Source: an uncultured virus (IMG/VR IMGVR_UViG_3300025280_000025) (Duplodnaviria; Heunggongvirae; Uroviricota; Caudoviricetes). From it: DNA of 64,000 bases. Where the stretch lies: the IMG/VR virus record IMGVR_UViG_3300025280_000025; one strand, given 5' to 3'. Shown here in pieces: positions 38,697-48,599 of this stretch (its first letter is position 1; the number at the start of each line of letters is the position of its first letter). The position numbers and the translations under genes were made by a program. The notes under the pieces are model-generated. The model worked only from the letters and a program-made list of their open reading frames with translations. It did no database searches and was not told where the DNA came from.

Positions 38697-38740
38697 TGGG
38701 CTTTATATTTAAGACCTCTTGCCCATAAGTAGTGAGGTCT
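38696..38740 (-). ncRNA. H-type pseudoknot module with UAAAUAUAAAGC linker
   Basis: AGACCUC/GAGGUCU and AUGGGC/GCCCAU pairings. Confidence 0.6.
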
Positions 38741-38950
38741 AGAATAGGAAAGGTAACCTTCTTTCTCTACCCTTCAAGATCAGATAATGGAGCAATCTGA
38801 TCCTCTTTAATTTGATTATTCAAAATATGTATCTCTTCTGTAAGTTCTTGATGTATAAGAGAATATTCATGTCTCCACTTATTAATTTCTTTATTTATCA
38901 TTGTTACGTGTTTTGTTTTATCGTTTATAAATATTTGGATATTATTTAAT

Positions 38951-39715
38951 TCAGACAAGAGATGGGACGTTGTTTTGATTTGACTCCGGATTTTTGAATT
39001 CATCTATATACCTCCTTAGTTTAGTTGTTTTACTTGCTAAGGAGAATTGATTGGCATTTCTCCAATGGGACGTGTATGCATTGAACAAAGAACATCCATT
39101 TCGATCTTTAAATATATCGTGTTCTGGATTATCCCAATGTTCAAGTACTTTAGGAGCATGTTGCCAAGGTAAGATATCTTTTTGACATGATTGAACAATG
39201 AAGTCATGAACTTCTCTTTGGGAGGTAAAATCGTATTCTTTAAGTTGTTCAATCTCTGCAAAAGATTTTTCTCTAAGATCCTTCATATCAAAAGCAAGAT
39301 CTCTTAGATCTCTATGTATATCATTTTCAGCACCTTCTGTATGTCTTCTATTTATTTCAATATGACCTGTAAAGTAACCATTCAGGCAAGCCATGAAATC
39401 CCCACCAGTTATAACCTTTGCAGCCATAGAACTATCATTACTATTAATAATACCAAGCTTAAATCGGTACTCATTAGTTGCAAAACCATCATCATCAGGG
39501 TGAGTAACATAAAATGTAGCCATGAACTTTAGTCCATCTTGATTAGTCATAAATTTATGGTTTTCAGTTTCATAACCTAATATATCTAATGAGTTAAGTG
39601 TTTTATCAAATAAGTGTTTATGTGCTAGAGGCACAAATCTCTTTCTTGCTGGGGGGAGAGGTAAACTCTCTAATTCTTCGTATTCTACTAATTTATTGCA
39701 TCCGTGCCTTTTCAT
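38951..39715 (-). CDS. DUF932-family protein
   Basis: LGIINSNDSS...G...ACLNG...RRHT motifs. Confidence 0.8.
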   Translation of the reverse strand: MKRHGCNKLVEYEELESLPLPPARKRFVPLAHKHLFDKTLNSLDILGYETENHKFMTNQDGLKFMATFYVTHPDDDGFATNEYRFKLGIINSNDSSMAAKVITGGDFMACLNGYFTGHIEINRRHTEGAENDIHRDLRDLAFDMKDLREKSFAEIEQLKEYDFTSQREVHDFIVQSCQKDILPWQHAPKVLEHWDNPEHDIFKDRNGCSLFNAYTSHWRNANQFSLASKTTKLRRYIDEFKNPESNQNNVPSLV

Positions 39716-41244
39716 TCGGGTTCTCCTTCTGTTTCTGTAACGAGTTGTAAGAAAGTATCTTGTAAAGGTTCTTTACCATCTACTTCATGAAATGATTTAT
39801 ATATTGTTGTATTAAATTCTTTACCTATAGCACAAACACTTTTTCCTATATGAACTATAAAGTCTAAACCTATAATGGGATCTTCTACTAATTCCCCTGT
39901 TATTAAATTTGTTTGATCGAAACAATGAGATATATCTTTTAGTTCTTCTAAAAGTTTAGAGTCTACTATGTCTATATTTTCTTCATCATTTTGAACTAAT
40001 TTAGCTGCTTCCATTAATTTAGCATCAAGGAAATGAAGTGCTGTATTAATTATTAACATATCTTGATCTGAACCTTTAAATTTCATGCTTAGCCTCTTCT
40101 GCTGAGATTTCAGCCTTACGTTCCATATTGTCGTCCATTGGAATTGCGTATACTTTTCCAATTAGTGATACTAACATACTTCTTAATGAATCCGTTTGAG
40201 TTCCTGATGAACCCATTGCCTCTAACTTATCTAAAGCACTTAATGCAGCACATAAGTTTTTGAATATATATGCAATGCTCTCTTTAGATACACATATATC
40301 ATTTAAACAACAATCTATTTCTACATCAAATACTCTTGGATCATATTCATCATTTGTCATAACTTATTTCCTTTCATAGTTCATTACGCCATTTTCTAAA
40401 CGGAACCTTTGGAAAAACATATCCAACCCCACTCGAATATAGTTTGTCAAAACATTGTAACCATTTCTTTTCCCACTCTACAAGTGGTTCTTGATGGCTA
40501 GCACTGTTACATCTATCATTCAAATGCCAAGGTTGTCGTCTTGCTAAGTCACTTTCTAGAGTGGGGGTATGTATGCCCTCTGAAATCTCATTAGCAAGAT
40601 CTTTATGTCCTTTATCTTCAAGTAGACCCACTAATGAATCTAATTGAGAATCACTAACAGGTGATCCTTGTAGCATTTCCCAAATTAAAGTCTTATCTAG
40701 ACCTTCGTCTAACATTTCTTCTACTAGCTCGCAAAGTGCTTGAACATCTTCGTCGTGTTCCATGTGATTCCTCCCATCTTTGTACATCTTCTGGCTTCTT
40801 TGTTTCAGTTACTGGTGCACGGTGATGGGCCACTCTAATACTTACTCTCATATTTCTTTCTTCCCATCTAATCACTGTTCTAACTACTATGCTCCAACCA
40901 GAGGTATTATTTGATCCTTTACGATCAATTATAACTCCGGGAATTACTTCTTTTAGAGCCCAATCTTCTTCTACCGTATCAACATCATGATCACGATAGA
41001 AACATTGAATCTTCTTTTCATCCTCTATGTATCCTGCTTTAACCCATTTCCAATGATCTTTACGCCTATCTGCATTTGGATTCATATCTATTTCTCTACG
41101 AAACTCTGAGTCCATTTGCATAGGCACGTTTGCTAGTTGCATACTGTCTACTTGTGAGACAGCACTCCATTTGCCATTCATCCTTGAATTCCTTATAAAA
41201 CTTACCATCCTTAAAAAATAAAATACACGACCCCGCGTATTCAC
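39712..41244 (-). other. Run of hypothetical early genes
   Basis: Coupled minus-strand ORFs. Confidence 0.5.
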
Positions 41245-41268
41245 AAGTGCATACGCGGGGTCGTGAAC

Positions 41269-41646
41269 TCACCACCACGAATCATAAAATACTTTCCTTC
41301 CTTCTTTAATCTCTTTTAATGCCCAATCACAAAACTCTAAGTCTTGCTCTTTATATTCTTTATCAGCATCACTACCAAAGAAGAATCCTTCTGTTTTAGG
41401 TAGATCTTGTGATTCAACATCCTTCTTCAAGCGTATGATGTCTTCTTTTGTAAGTTCTAGTGGACAACAGTTGAATTCATTCCATTCACCTGTCTTACTT
41501 AGTCCTTTAGACCTCCATAGTTCTTCCATCCAACCTTGTAGATTAGGATGTTTACGCCATTCATGACTAATATCATGATTTCCAGGTTCTTCTTCATTCT
41601 CTACTTCAAACGCTGTCATACTAAATGCTAATTGGTCAAGTCCCAT
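41269..41646 (-). CDS. Conserved phage hypothetical (MGLD...WRKHP.LQGWM...YDSWW family)
   Basis: Widely recurring motif set. Likely start MGLDQ. Confidence 0.75.
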   Translation of the reverse strand: MGLDQLAFSMTAFEVENEEEPGNHDISHEWRKHPNLQGWMEELWRSKGLSKTGEWNEFNCCPLELTKEDIIRLKKDVESQDLPKTEGFFFGSDADKEYKEQDLEFCDWALKEIKEGRKVFYDSWW

Positions 41647-41657
41647 GAGTATCTCCT

Positions 41658-42053
41658 TTATGCGGGTATAGCAGTACCGCTCCATGTACCTGTTATTTTA
41701 GGTGGTTCATATCTAATTACTTCTAGAAGCAATTTACGTTCCTTTGCAAAGTTTATCATGTGATATGTACCACTACGATGAGTATTACCATTCCAGAAGC
41801 ATACACATGCATCTGCATATTCAGCCATCTCTTCATTACGTAAAGGACCTGCTGATTTACCATATTTATCCCAATCAGCAGGAAATCTAGTAATTGGTAT
41901 GTCATGATCCATAGCAAACAGTTCACCAAATTGATCTGCACCTCTAGCGGTACCAGATACAACTTCAGTGATAGTCCAAGGTAGATCACTTAATGATATA
42001 GTCATCAATTCATAATCATCAAACTCTCTACCTCCAGCAATAATAGTTTTCAT
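41658..42053 (-). CDS. DUF2493 / YspA SLOG-family protein
   Basis: IIAGGREF, VSGTARGAD, AGPLRNEEM and GT..MI motifs. Confidence 0.88.
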   Translation of the reverse strand: MKTIIAGGREFDDYELMTISLSDLPWTITEVVSGTARGADQFGELFAMDHDIPITRFPADWDKYGKSAGPLRNEEMAEYADACVCFWNGNTHRSGTYHMINFAKERKLLLEVIRYEPPKITGTWSGTAIPA

Positions 42054-42090
42054 ATTGCACCTCCATTAATTACAAGTTATATCGATATAA

Positions 42091-42187
42091 GCGACCATCG
42101 CTCGACATCGGCATTCATATCGCAGGTCGCCCGACTAAATATAGTAATCAATCGGGCGATCTGCGATGATGTTCGAGCGATGGTCGC
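42091..42187. repeat. Long GC-rich inverted repeat
   Basis: GCGACCATCGCTCGA/TCGAGCGATGGTCGC and ATCGCAGGTCGCCCGA/TCGGGCGATCTGCGAT arms. Confidence 0.85.
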
Positions 42188-42898
42188 AGTTATCGTTAGT
42201 CTTCTTTATCAGTATATGAATCATTTTTAGAGTCATATATTTGGATGTCTACACTATCAACTTTTAGCGCATGTTTATAAATTGTTTTAATCCATTCATC
42301 CTTAGCTTCTTCTTCAAGTCTCTTTCTAATAATGTCATTTGTTTTATCACACTCAGTTATAGCAAAACATTTAGATATTCTAATAGTCTTACCATCTAAT
42401 CGAAGCAAGGCATTGGGTGCTAAAGTTAAATTGAAGTCAATCATTTCCCATTTCATAGTTGACCTCCTTTTGTTGTATCTGCTGGTACACCATCATATGG
42501 GTGACGTTCAGAATCTTGTATTGGGCATCCACCATGTACATGTTCATGATACTCAATTGCTTCTCCACATCGAGGACATTTATCATCTTGCTTATCAGTG
42601 GCCAACACTACGGTTGGTTCATCAAAGGTTTGAGCCTCATGTTCTGCGAGTGCTTCATAATTAACAACAACATCATATTCATTGTCATCTTCGAAATTGA
42701 TAGTAGTAGAAAGATATTCAAAATAAGCCTCCCACTTCTTTATAAGTTCGGTGGTCTTAGTGATTGCAATATCACTACTAACTGTTGCAGGTGTAATATC
42801 ACGAAGAGTTGCATTAATTGATCTTAGGTCTTGGACAAATAAATTGATTAAGTTTGTTTTAATGTTCATTTCGAGTCTCCATTAGGGGTTAATAAAAA

Positions 42899-43195
42899 AT
42901 TGATAAGGTGGATATCAGCATTATTAGATACCACTTACTTACACGTCATACAAGAGTCTGCAGAACCTACTTGCGCTCGCCAGTATAACCTTATCATTGA
43001 GTTTTAAAGAACAGTTTGACGAGACTGATTACTCGCCTATTGACATGTTCAGGTCAATTGGTGCATCTGGAATCCGATGCGTATTTTAAACCACATGTTA
43101 GGCAATTGGTCTCGATGTAAACTATTGTTGTCGGATTACTGCTCCTGGCCAAGGTGACAGATTTATATCACTCAAAACAATAATAATTTACAACC
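42899..43195 (-). ncRNA. Structured RNA array 3 (segment B early region)
   Basis: Relatives of two segment A pseudoknot modules (43009-43058, 43078-43112) plus a junction closed by UGAUAAGGU/ACCUUAUCA. Confidence 0.55.
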
Positions 43196-43366
43196 CACTA
43201 ATTTCGGCTTACCTTCGGTTGTTCCTTACCTAAGGCTTCTTGTAGTTAACAAGAGATGAAAATCAATTGCCCAACACAAGGTTTAAGGTTGATAAAAGGT
43301 TGGACTAACTATTTATAATCACGGTTAATTACACTAGTTTACTATTTGAAGTAACTTGCAATCAAC

Positions 43367-43407
43367 AAAAAAAGAAAAATGGGCAGAGCCTCCAATGAGG
43401 TTGCCCA
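43367..43407 (-). terminator. Intrinsic terminator after 43416-43901
   Basis: UGGGCAACCUC-AUUG-GAGGCUCUGCCCA followed by a long U tract. Confidence 0.85.
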
Positions 43408-43415
43408 CAATTATT

Positions 43416-43901
43416 TTACGCACGGACTGCTGTACCTGAAGTGGTGGTACCTTGTGAGTTGACATTCCAAATCACATGACTGATATCAATGTTGATTTCA
43501 GCGTCTGGATGGATACCGTATTGCTCAGCCACATCAGCGTCGATCTTCTGCTTGTACATACTTGCGAACATACGCTTAGCATGTGTCTTGCCAGATGATT
43601 CAACTGTCCACTCACGAAGGGTGGCATCGTAATTGAGTGGTAAGATAGCAACCATAGCCACTTGACCCGATGGATTACCATCAGAACCAGGTATGGGCAT
43701 GAACTGTACACCGATTTCTTGGAGTGGTTCCTTGATACGGAATGCACTTGCGAACTGTTTCGCATTTTCCAGTGTCGGGTTACCTTTCTTCGAAGTGGTT
43801 TCAACTACTGCTTTCAGTGCTAGTTGATTCATATCTACTACGGGCTTAGCAACAGCCGTGCTTTCTGAAGGGTTCTCTTTTTTCATGGTTTTACCTCCCA
43901 T
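43416..43901 (-). CDS. Hypothetical first early gene
   Basis: GGAGG RBS before MKKENP; has its own terminator. Confidence 0.65.
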   Translation of the reverse strand: MGGKTMKKENPSESTAVAKPVVDMNQLALKAVVETTSKKGNPTLENAKQFASAFRIKEPLQEIGVQFMPIPGSDGNPSGQVAMVAILPLNYDATLREWTVESSGKTHAKRMFASMYKQKIDADVAEQYGIHPDAEINIDISHVIWNVNSQGTTTSGTAVRA

Positions 43902-44296
43902 GTTCTGAGACCGCGATTATAGTTTGACGAGCCGACTGACTCATCTTCACCGCCTCCGTTGTCGCAGGTTGCCGCTCGTAGCCCGCAAATGAATGTGGGT
44001 CTGCCGTTGCCGTCCCGACATCGGTTTGTGTTCCGATACGTCTTGCGGGAGAGCGGTGACCTGCGACAAAGGGGGAGATGAGTTAGTCGGGTCGTCATAC
44101 TCTAACTGCGGTGTCTGATCATGGGGGTAAAATTGTAAAAGTGTCGCAGGCAACAGGAAAACATCGCGTCGTGCCACGGTAAACATGGCAGACCCATCTG
44201 TGTACAGAACGTCACCCCCCGTCGCCCCCTGTGTTTTTCTGTTGATTGTAGACGAAAGGGCAGTCCTCTCTAGGAATTTTTAGCTCAAAAACGCGG

Positions 44297-44530
44297 GTGA
44301 TCCAGTTGCGATCCGGGTATGTACCGCATGGCGTGGTTCAATAATCCCCACTCTAGGTACCTAGAAGCTCGATTTTGGCTCTTGATCCAGGTGATCCGGG
44401 TATTTTCTAACTATTGCGCGTATAGTAATATATATAAAGAGTACAGAAATACCCGGTACATGTGGCACACCCGGATCAAACCCCGATTCCAGTCTAAAAA
44501 CGAGGATTGACCCGGATCGGTCATCCGGTT
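44297..44530. promoter_or_regulatory. Putative replication origin with iteron-like repeats
   Basis: GATCCGGGTA x2 and GATCCAG x2 on the left, inverted (T)ACCCGG(ATC) x3 on the right of an AT-rich core; close to the SF3 helicase gene. Confidence 0.6.
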
Positions 44531-44540
44531 CACTACTGGT

Positions 44541-44834
44541 TCACTTCAATTCTTCAGGAATCGGGATATCAATTATCTCTTTAGTCTCAATACAGTACAA
44601 AACATACCCTCCCTCTTTTCTCCATACATCCCAAATAAGACCCTCTTCATCTACCATTTCATCCCCGTCCCTATACTTGGTCCTTAATAGAGCCCACAGC
44701 ATCTTGGGATCGGACTCCCTCGGACTTTTGTTGTCTTTACTCATAGTAAGTGCAACCCATATCCTAATTGTGCCCTCTTCGTCTTCACTGTATGCGGGGC
44801 AACCAACAACCTCAAAGATCTTTTCATATTCCAT
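44541..44834 (-). CDS. Hypothetical protein
   Basis: RBS AAGGA; downstream of the helicase. Confidence 0.55.
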   Translation of the reverse strand: MEYEKIFEVVGCPAYSEDEEGTIRIWVALTMSKDNKSPRESDPKMLWALLRTKYRDGDEMVDEEGLIWDVWRKEGGYVLYCIETKEIIDIPIPEELK

Positions 44835-44852
44835 TATCAGTCCTTTCTGTGT

Positions 44853-46256
44853 TTAACACAAGTCCTCGAAACTTTTACGGAGGCTCAAACCTTTTAAGCC
44901 CCTCTTTCCCCCGTGTGGTCGATGTCTATTCACTTCCCAACTACTTTGCGTTTCTATTTTTATCGACAATTGATTCCTTGCGACGTGAAGATTCTTTATC
45001 GAGTTCGTTTTCAACCAATTATTCCATTGTAGCCACAATAGGTCTGTAGCCACGAACCCACTCTCTCTCCTTATGAACCTCTCCTCCAAGAAGTAATCAA
45101 ACGGATTGTTCTGCAGGTGGTACATCTGTATCGTATCACTTGCTCTACTAGGCAACGGGAACTTGTTTTCTTCGGCTTCCAAGTCAATAGCACCCTGTAC
45201 TGCCCACGCAGCGATCCCCTCTAACTCCCCCAACAACTTGTCAATCAGATACGGGTCCTCATGACCTTCGAAACTCACATCAAAAGGAAGCACCAGCATC
45301 TTACTACTAAGACCTCTACCCTTATTAGGTAACGAGGGTATCTCATTAGCCTGCACTATAGGTGCTGCATTGATTATCATGTTTCTCATCTGTCTCTTGT
45401 ATTTGACATTCACGGTAACGGGGTCTTGTCCAATTATGTTTTTCAGTACTCTTGTGGCTTTTTCTCCTTCTCTTCCATCCAGCTCACTAACCTCACTGAT
45501 ACAAAGAACCCTAGAATGCTCCAATCCATCCAACCCAAAATCATTAGACAAATCGTCTAAACTACTATTCATAAACGCATCGCGCCCCAACAGGGACTGT
45601 AACACTTTACCAATAGTACCCTTACCACTCCTGACCTTCCCATACATGAGTAACCACCTAGCATGTCTTCTATGATTCATGAGGCAGTACCCCATCCATC
45701 TCATCAACAACATACTCCACTCTGGATCATTGTTACCCCACTCTTCCAGGCACTTCATCCAACGAGGACATTCGGCAGCAGGATTGTAATCCACGGGAAT
45801 AACTACCGGATCAAACCAATCCTCGGTTCTCTCCACGATGTCTCCCGTCTTCGCATCCACCAATACATCCTGAAACGCGATCACACTACCCGCATCTCTA
45901 CTGGGATCATTCAACCATATAGGGATGTTAGAGTGGGGGATCCTAATTCTAGCAGCCAGCCCCCTAACGATGTTGTCGATCTTCTGCTTGTTGGGTGCTA
46001 TCCTTCTAACCCGAGGTAACCCATCATTACCTATCTCTTGATAGTACGAGTCTTCTAGTTCTTTCCAACAAAGATCTTCCAACCATTCTATTTCTCTTCG
46101 CTCCCAACGGTCCCCGTACCATTGGTAGAAGTCTCCTCTAAATGCCCATAGACCACACTTTCCAGAGGGAGTTCTAAATACTCCTCTCAACAGTGCATCT
46201 GCAATTTTCATGGGCTCTGCAGAAGTTAGTGGTCTGTCTTGAGTTCCAACAGACAT
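44853..46256 (-). CDS. D5-like (P4 primase-family) SF3 helicase
   Basis: GKVRSGKGT Walker A, ISEVSE, LKNIIGQD...KY and ANEIP motifs. Likely start MSVGTQ. Confidence 0.88.
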   Translation of the reverse strand: MSVGTQDRPLTSAEPMKIADALLRGVFRTPSGKCGLWAFRGDFYQWYGDRWERREIEWLEDLCWKELEDSYYQEIGNDGLPRVRRIAPNKQKIDNIVRGLAARIRIPHSNIPIWLNDPSRDAGSVIAFQDVLVDAKTGDIVERTEDWFDPVVIPVDYNPAAECPRWMKCLEEWGNNDPEWSMLLMRWMGYCLMNHRRHARWLLMYGKVRSGKGTIGKVLQSLLGRDAFMNSSLDDLSNDFGLDGLEHSRVLCISEVSELDGREGEKATRVLKNIIGQDPVTVNVKYKRQMRNMIINAAPIVQANEIPSLPNKGRGLSSKMLVLPFDVSFEGHEDPYLIDKLLGELEGIAAWAVQGAIDLEAEENKFPLPSRASDTIQMYHLQNNPFDYFLEERFIRRESGFVATDLLWLQWNNWLKTNSIKNLHVARNQLSIKIETQSSWEVNRHRPHGGKRGLKGLSLRKSFEDLC

Positions 46257-46274
46257 TACTGTATCCTTTACATT

Positions 46275-48599
46275 ATGGGTGACGTACCTGCCTATGACCA
46301 AAACCTGAAAGATGCTCTCCAATTTGGGGCCCGAAAAGATCCCACCAAAGAAGGAGCACCTGAATTAGGTATTGGCATGGAAGAACGAAATCGAACGCAT
46401 ATCGATGTTTCGAGTGCCGAGGATGCTTTTGCTGCGAAGTACTGGGCGGGTGGACCTAAGAGATACAATCGAGGTTTGAATCAACCCGGTAGGGGACCTC
46501 AGTGGAATGCGTGGTTTGACGATTTTATGAAACGATGGAGCGAGGCACATCCGGGGGCACACCCCGCAGACCCTTCAAGTTACAAACCAAAAGCGATTAC
46601 GGTTCCGACTTCGACACCTACCACTACAGCACAGTCTACCACAAATACAATGAACATGTTACAGGTGACTCCTCAAACTTATGCATCACAAGTACAAGCT
46701 GCATCAGCAAGATATGCTCAAGGGGAACAAGCAGCAGATAACCAAGCAATGGCAATGGTGCAAGACAGCAACCCCCGCAATCCTAAGCCACAAAGCAATA
46801 TAGACTTTGATCGACTTGGTAACGTGCAGACCGAGGATGATCTTCGTCATTGGTTAAGTAACAACTTCTTATCACCTGCAGGACAAGACCCTCTACCGAG
46901 AGATAAAACAAGTGAGGATTATGGGGCTCGTCAATTTGCACCCCATCCAGACTATCCCGAAGGTAGTGGTGCATTCACAGAAACACAAAGTCCTTTACCC
47001 GAACATGATGATATCTGGACAGATATGGAGAGGAAAATGCGAGAACAAACTCAGATTCGGAATAATTTATTAGAACAACTGGGTGCTCAAAATCTAAATA
47101 TTCCTATGGGACAGTCACCTGAGGATTTCCTTAGAGACGATGCAATAAGAGATGGTGGTGGTGGAAGAGGGATTGAGGAACCAAAATATAATTGGCAAAG
47201 GAAAAGGGAAGAGATGCAAAGGGGAACTCAGAACCCCGATAGAAGATTCCCTTGGCAGGAGGCAGGGTTAATGGGTGATTCTATGCAAACAGCGGAAATA
47301 CCTTGGCAAGAGATGCTTTTAGGAGGAGGAGCAGGAGCATATATCAATAGGATGAGGAAAAAATTCGGAAGTCCAAAAGGTAAACCAGGACCTGTAGTAA
47401 TGGAAAAGGGAGTGCCTCGTCCTGTTGGGTATGGAGGACCTATATCAGTTTCGGGTGGAGACGCTCCTGTTCCTGAGTTTACTCCTGAGCAAATTGCACA
47501 ACAGCGAAGACACGAAGAAAATATTAAAAGAAAAAGCATTATCAAACCAATAGATTATAGAGCAGAACTAGAAAAAGCATTTGGTCCAGCCAGTAAATCT
47601 CGACCCTCTATGACTCCCGAACAAAGAATGGAAATGTATAAGTTGATGGAGTCAATGTTCAAAGAAGCAGAATCTTTACGGGGAAACATAAAAGGAATCA
47701 CTAATGAACCTCCTCCTGATTGGGATCCTGAAGCAGAGAAACGAAAGAAAATAATGCGGGAAGGTATGGGTGGAGAAGAAGCACGAAAGAAAGCACGAGC
47801 AGAACAGCCCGACCTTAAAATTTCTGGAACACAAGCAGATACAGGTAAACCTCCTACTATGGCACCACCAGAAGTAATAGGGGAAAAGAGGATTCTTAAT
47901 ACACCCGCTACTGGATACGATATGGCTCGGTTGGAAGATCTTCGAAAAGAGTTAGGGTTTAATTCAAATGAGGACATAAGAACTGCGGCTAAGAAGCAAA
48001 TGGAACTTAGGAACTTACCTCACAATTACGAAGGTTCTGTCACTATAAAAAGCAAAGACGGGAAACGAACCTTCCAAATTCAAGTAGGGAAAGACAGTGC
48101 TGATCGCTATCGTACTATATTGTCTGCACAAGAAGTAAAACCGAGGGGTGGAACAAGAAGAGGATTTGTTAGGACTCCTGATGTTAAAGCAATAAGACAA
48201 GCAATCAATGCTAATCCGGGAGCCGTAAAAGGTGGGGCGTTAGCATCCTTAGCAATGCTTTTAGGTTCCCATAAAGATAACGCTTGGGACTGGAGTGATG
48301 CGATAAATAAAGAAGCTTGGGAAGGTGCAGACTTGGGAGGTGCTTTCGGAGGTGCGGCTAGTGCTATGGTCGGGGGAATAGAAAACTATAACCTTGATAC
48401 CCTACTTGGTGGAGTGAATCCTTATTTACCTAAACATCTTGCAGGAGGAGTTAAAGATGTGGCTCAAGTACTTATTGGAGATCCGTTTATTGCAGCATCA
48501 CAAGCAATAGGTGGTCGTCAACTTACTCCTGAAGAATATTCCAGAACCTCAACCTTTGGTGTATCGGGAGGGGGCTACGGTCCTACATTCGCAAGATGA
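46275..48599 (+). CDS. Large low-complexity (P/G/Q/M-rich) hypothetical protein
   Basis: 775-aa open frame, ATGA-coupled to the next gene. Start uncertain. Confidence 0.65.
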   Translation: MGDVPAYDQNLKDALQFGARKDPTKEGAPELGIGMEERNRTHIDVSSAEDAFAAKYWAGGPKRYNRGLNQPGRGPQWNAWFDDFMKRWSEAHPGAHPADPSSYKPKAITVPTSTPTTTAQSTTNTMNMLQVTPQTYASQVQAASARYAQGEQAADNQAMAMVQDSNPRNPKPQSNIDFDRLGNVQTEDDLRHWLSNNFLSPAGQDPLPRDKTSEDYGARQFAPHPDYPEGSGAFTETQSPLPEHDDIWTDMERKMREQTQIRNNLLEQLGAQNLNIPMGQSPEDFLRDDAIRDGGGGRGIEEPKYNWQRKREEMQRGTQNPDRRFPWQEAGLMGDSMQTAEIPWQEMLLGGGAGAYINRMRKKFGSPKGKPGPVVMEKGVPRPVGYGGPISVSGGDAPVPEFTPEQIAQQRRHEENIKRKSIIKPIDYRAELEKAFGPASKSRPSMTPEQRMEMYKLMESMFKEAESLRGNIKGITNEPPPDWDPEAEKRKKIMREGMGGEEARKKARAEQPDLKISGTQADTGKPPTMAPPEVIGEKRILNTPATGYDMARLEDLRKELGFNSNEDIRTAAKKQMELRNLPHNYEGSVTIKSKDGKRTFQIQVGKDSADRYRTILSAQEVKPRGGTRRGFVRTPDVKAIRQAINANPGAVKGGALASLAMLLGSHKDNAWDWSDAINKEAWEGADLGGAFGGAASAMVGGIENYNLDTLLGGVNPYLPKHLAGGVKDVAQVLIGDPFIAASQAIGGRQLTPEEYSRTSTFGVSGGGYGPTFAR

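Noticed and set aside
42899..42997. ZTP riboswitch (ACUGGCG)
   Set aside because: There is no downstream CGCCUGGGC pseudoknot partner.
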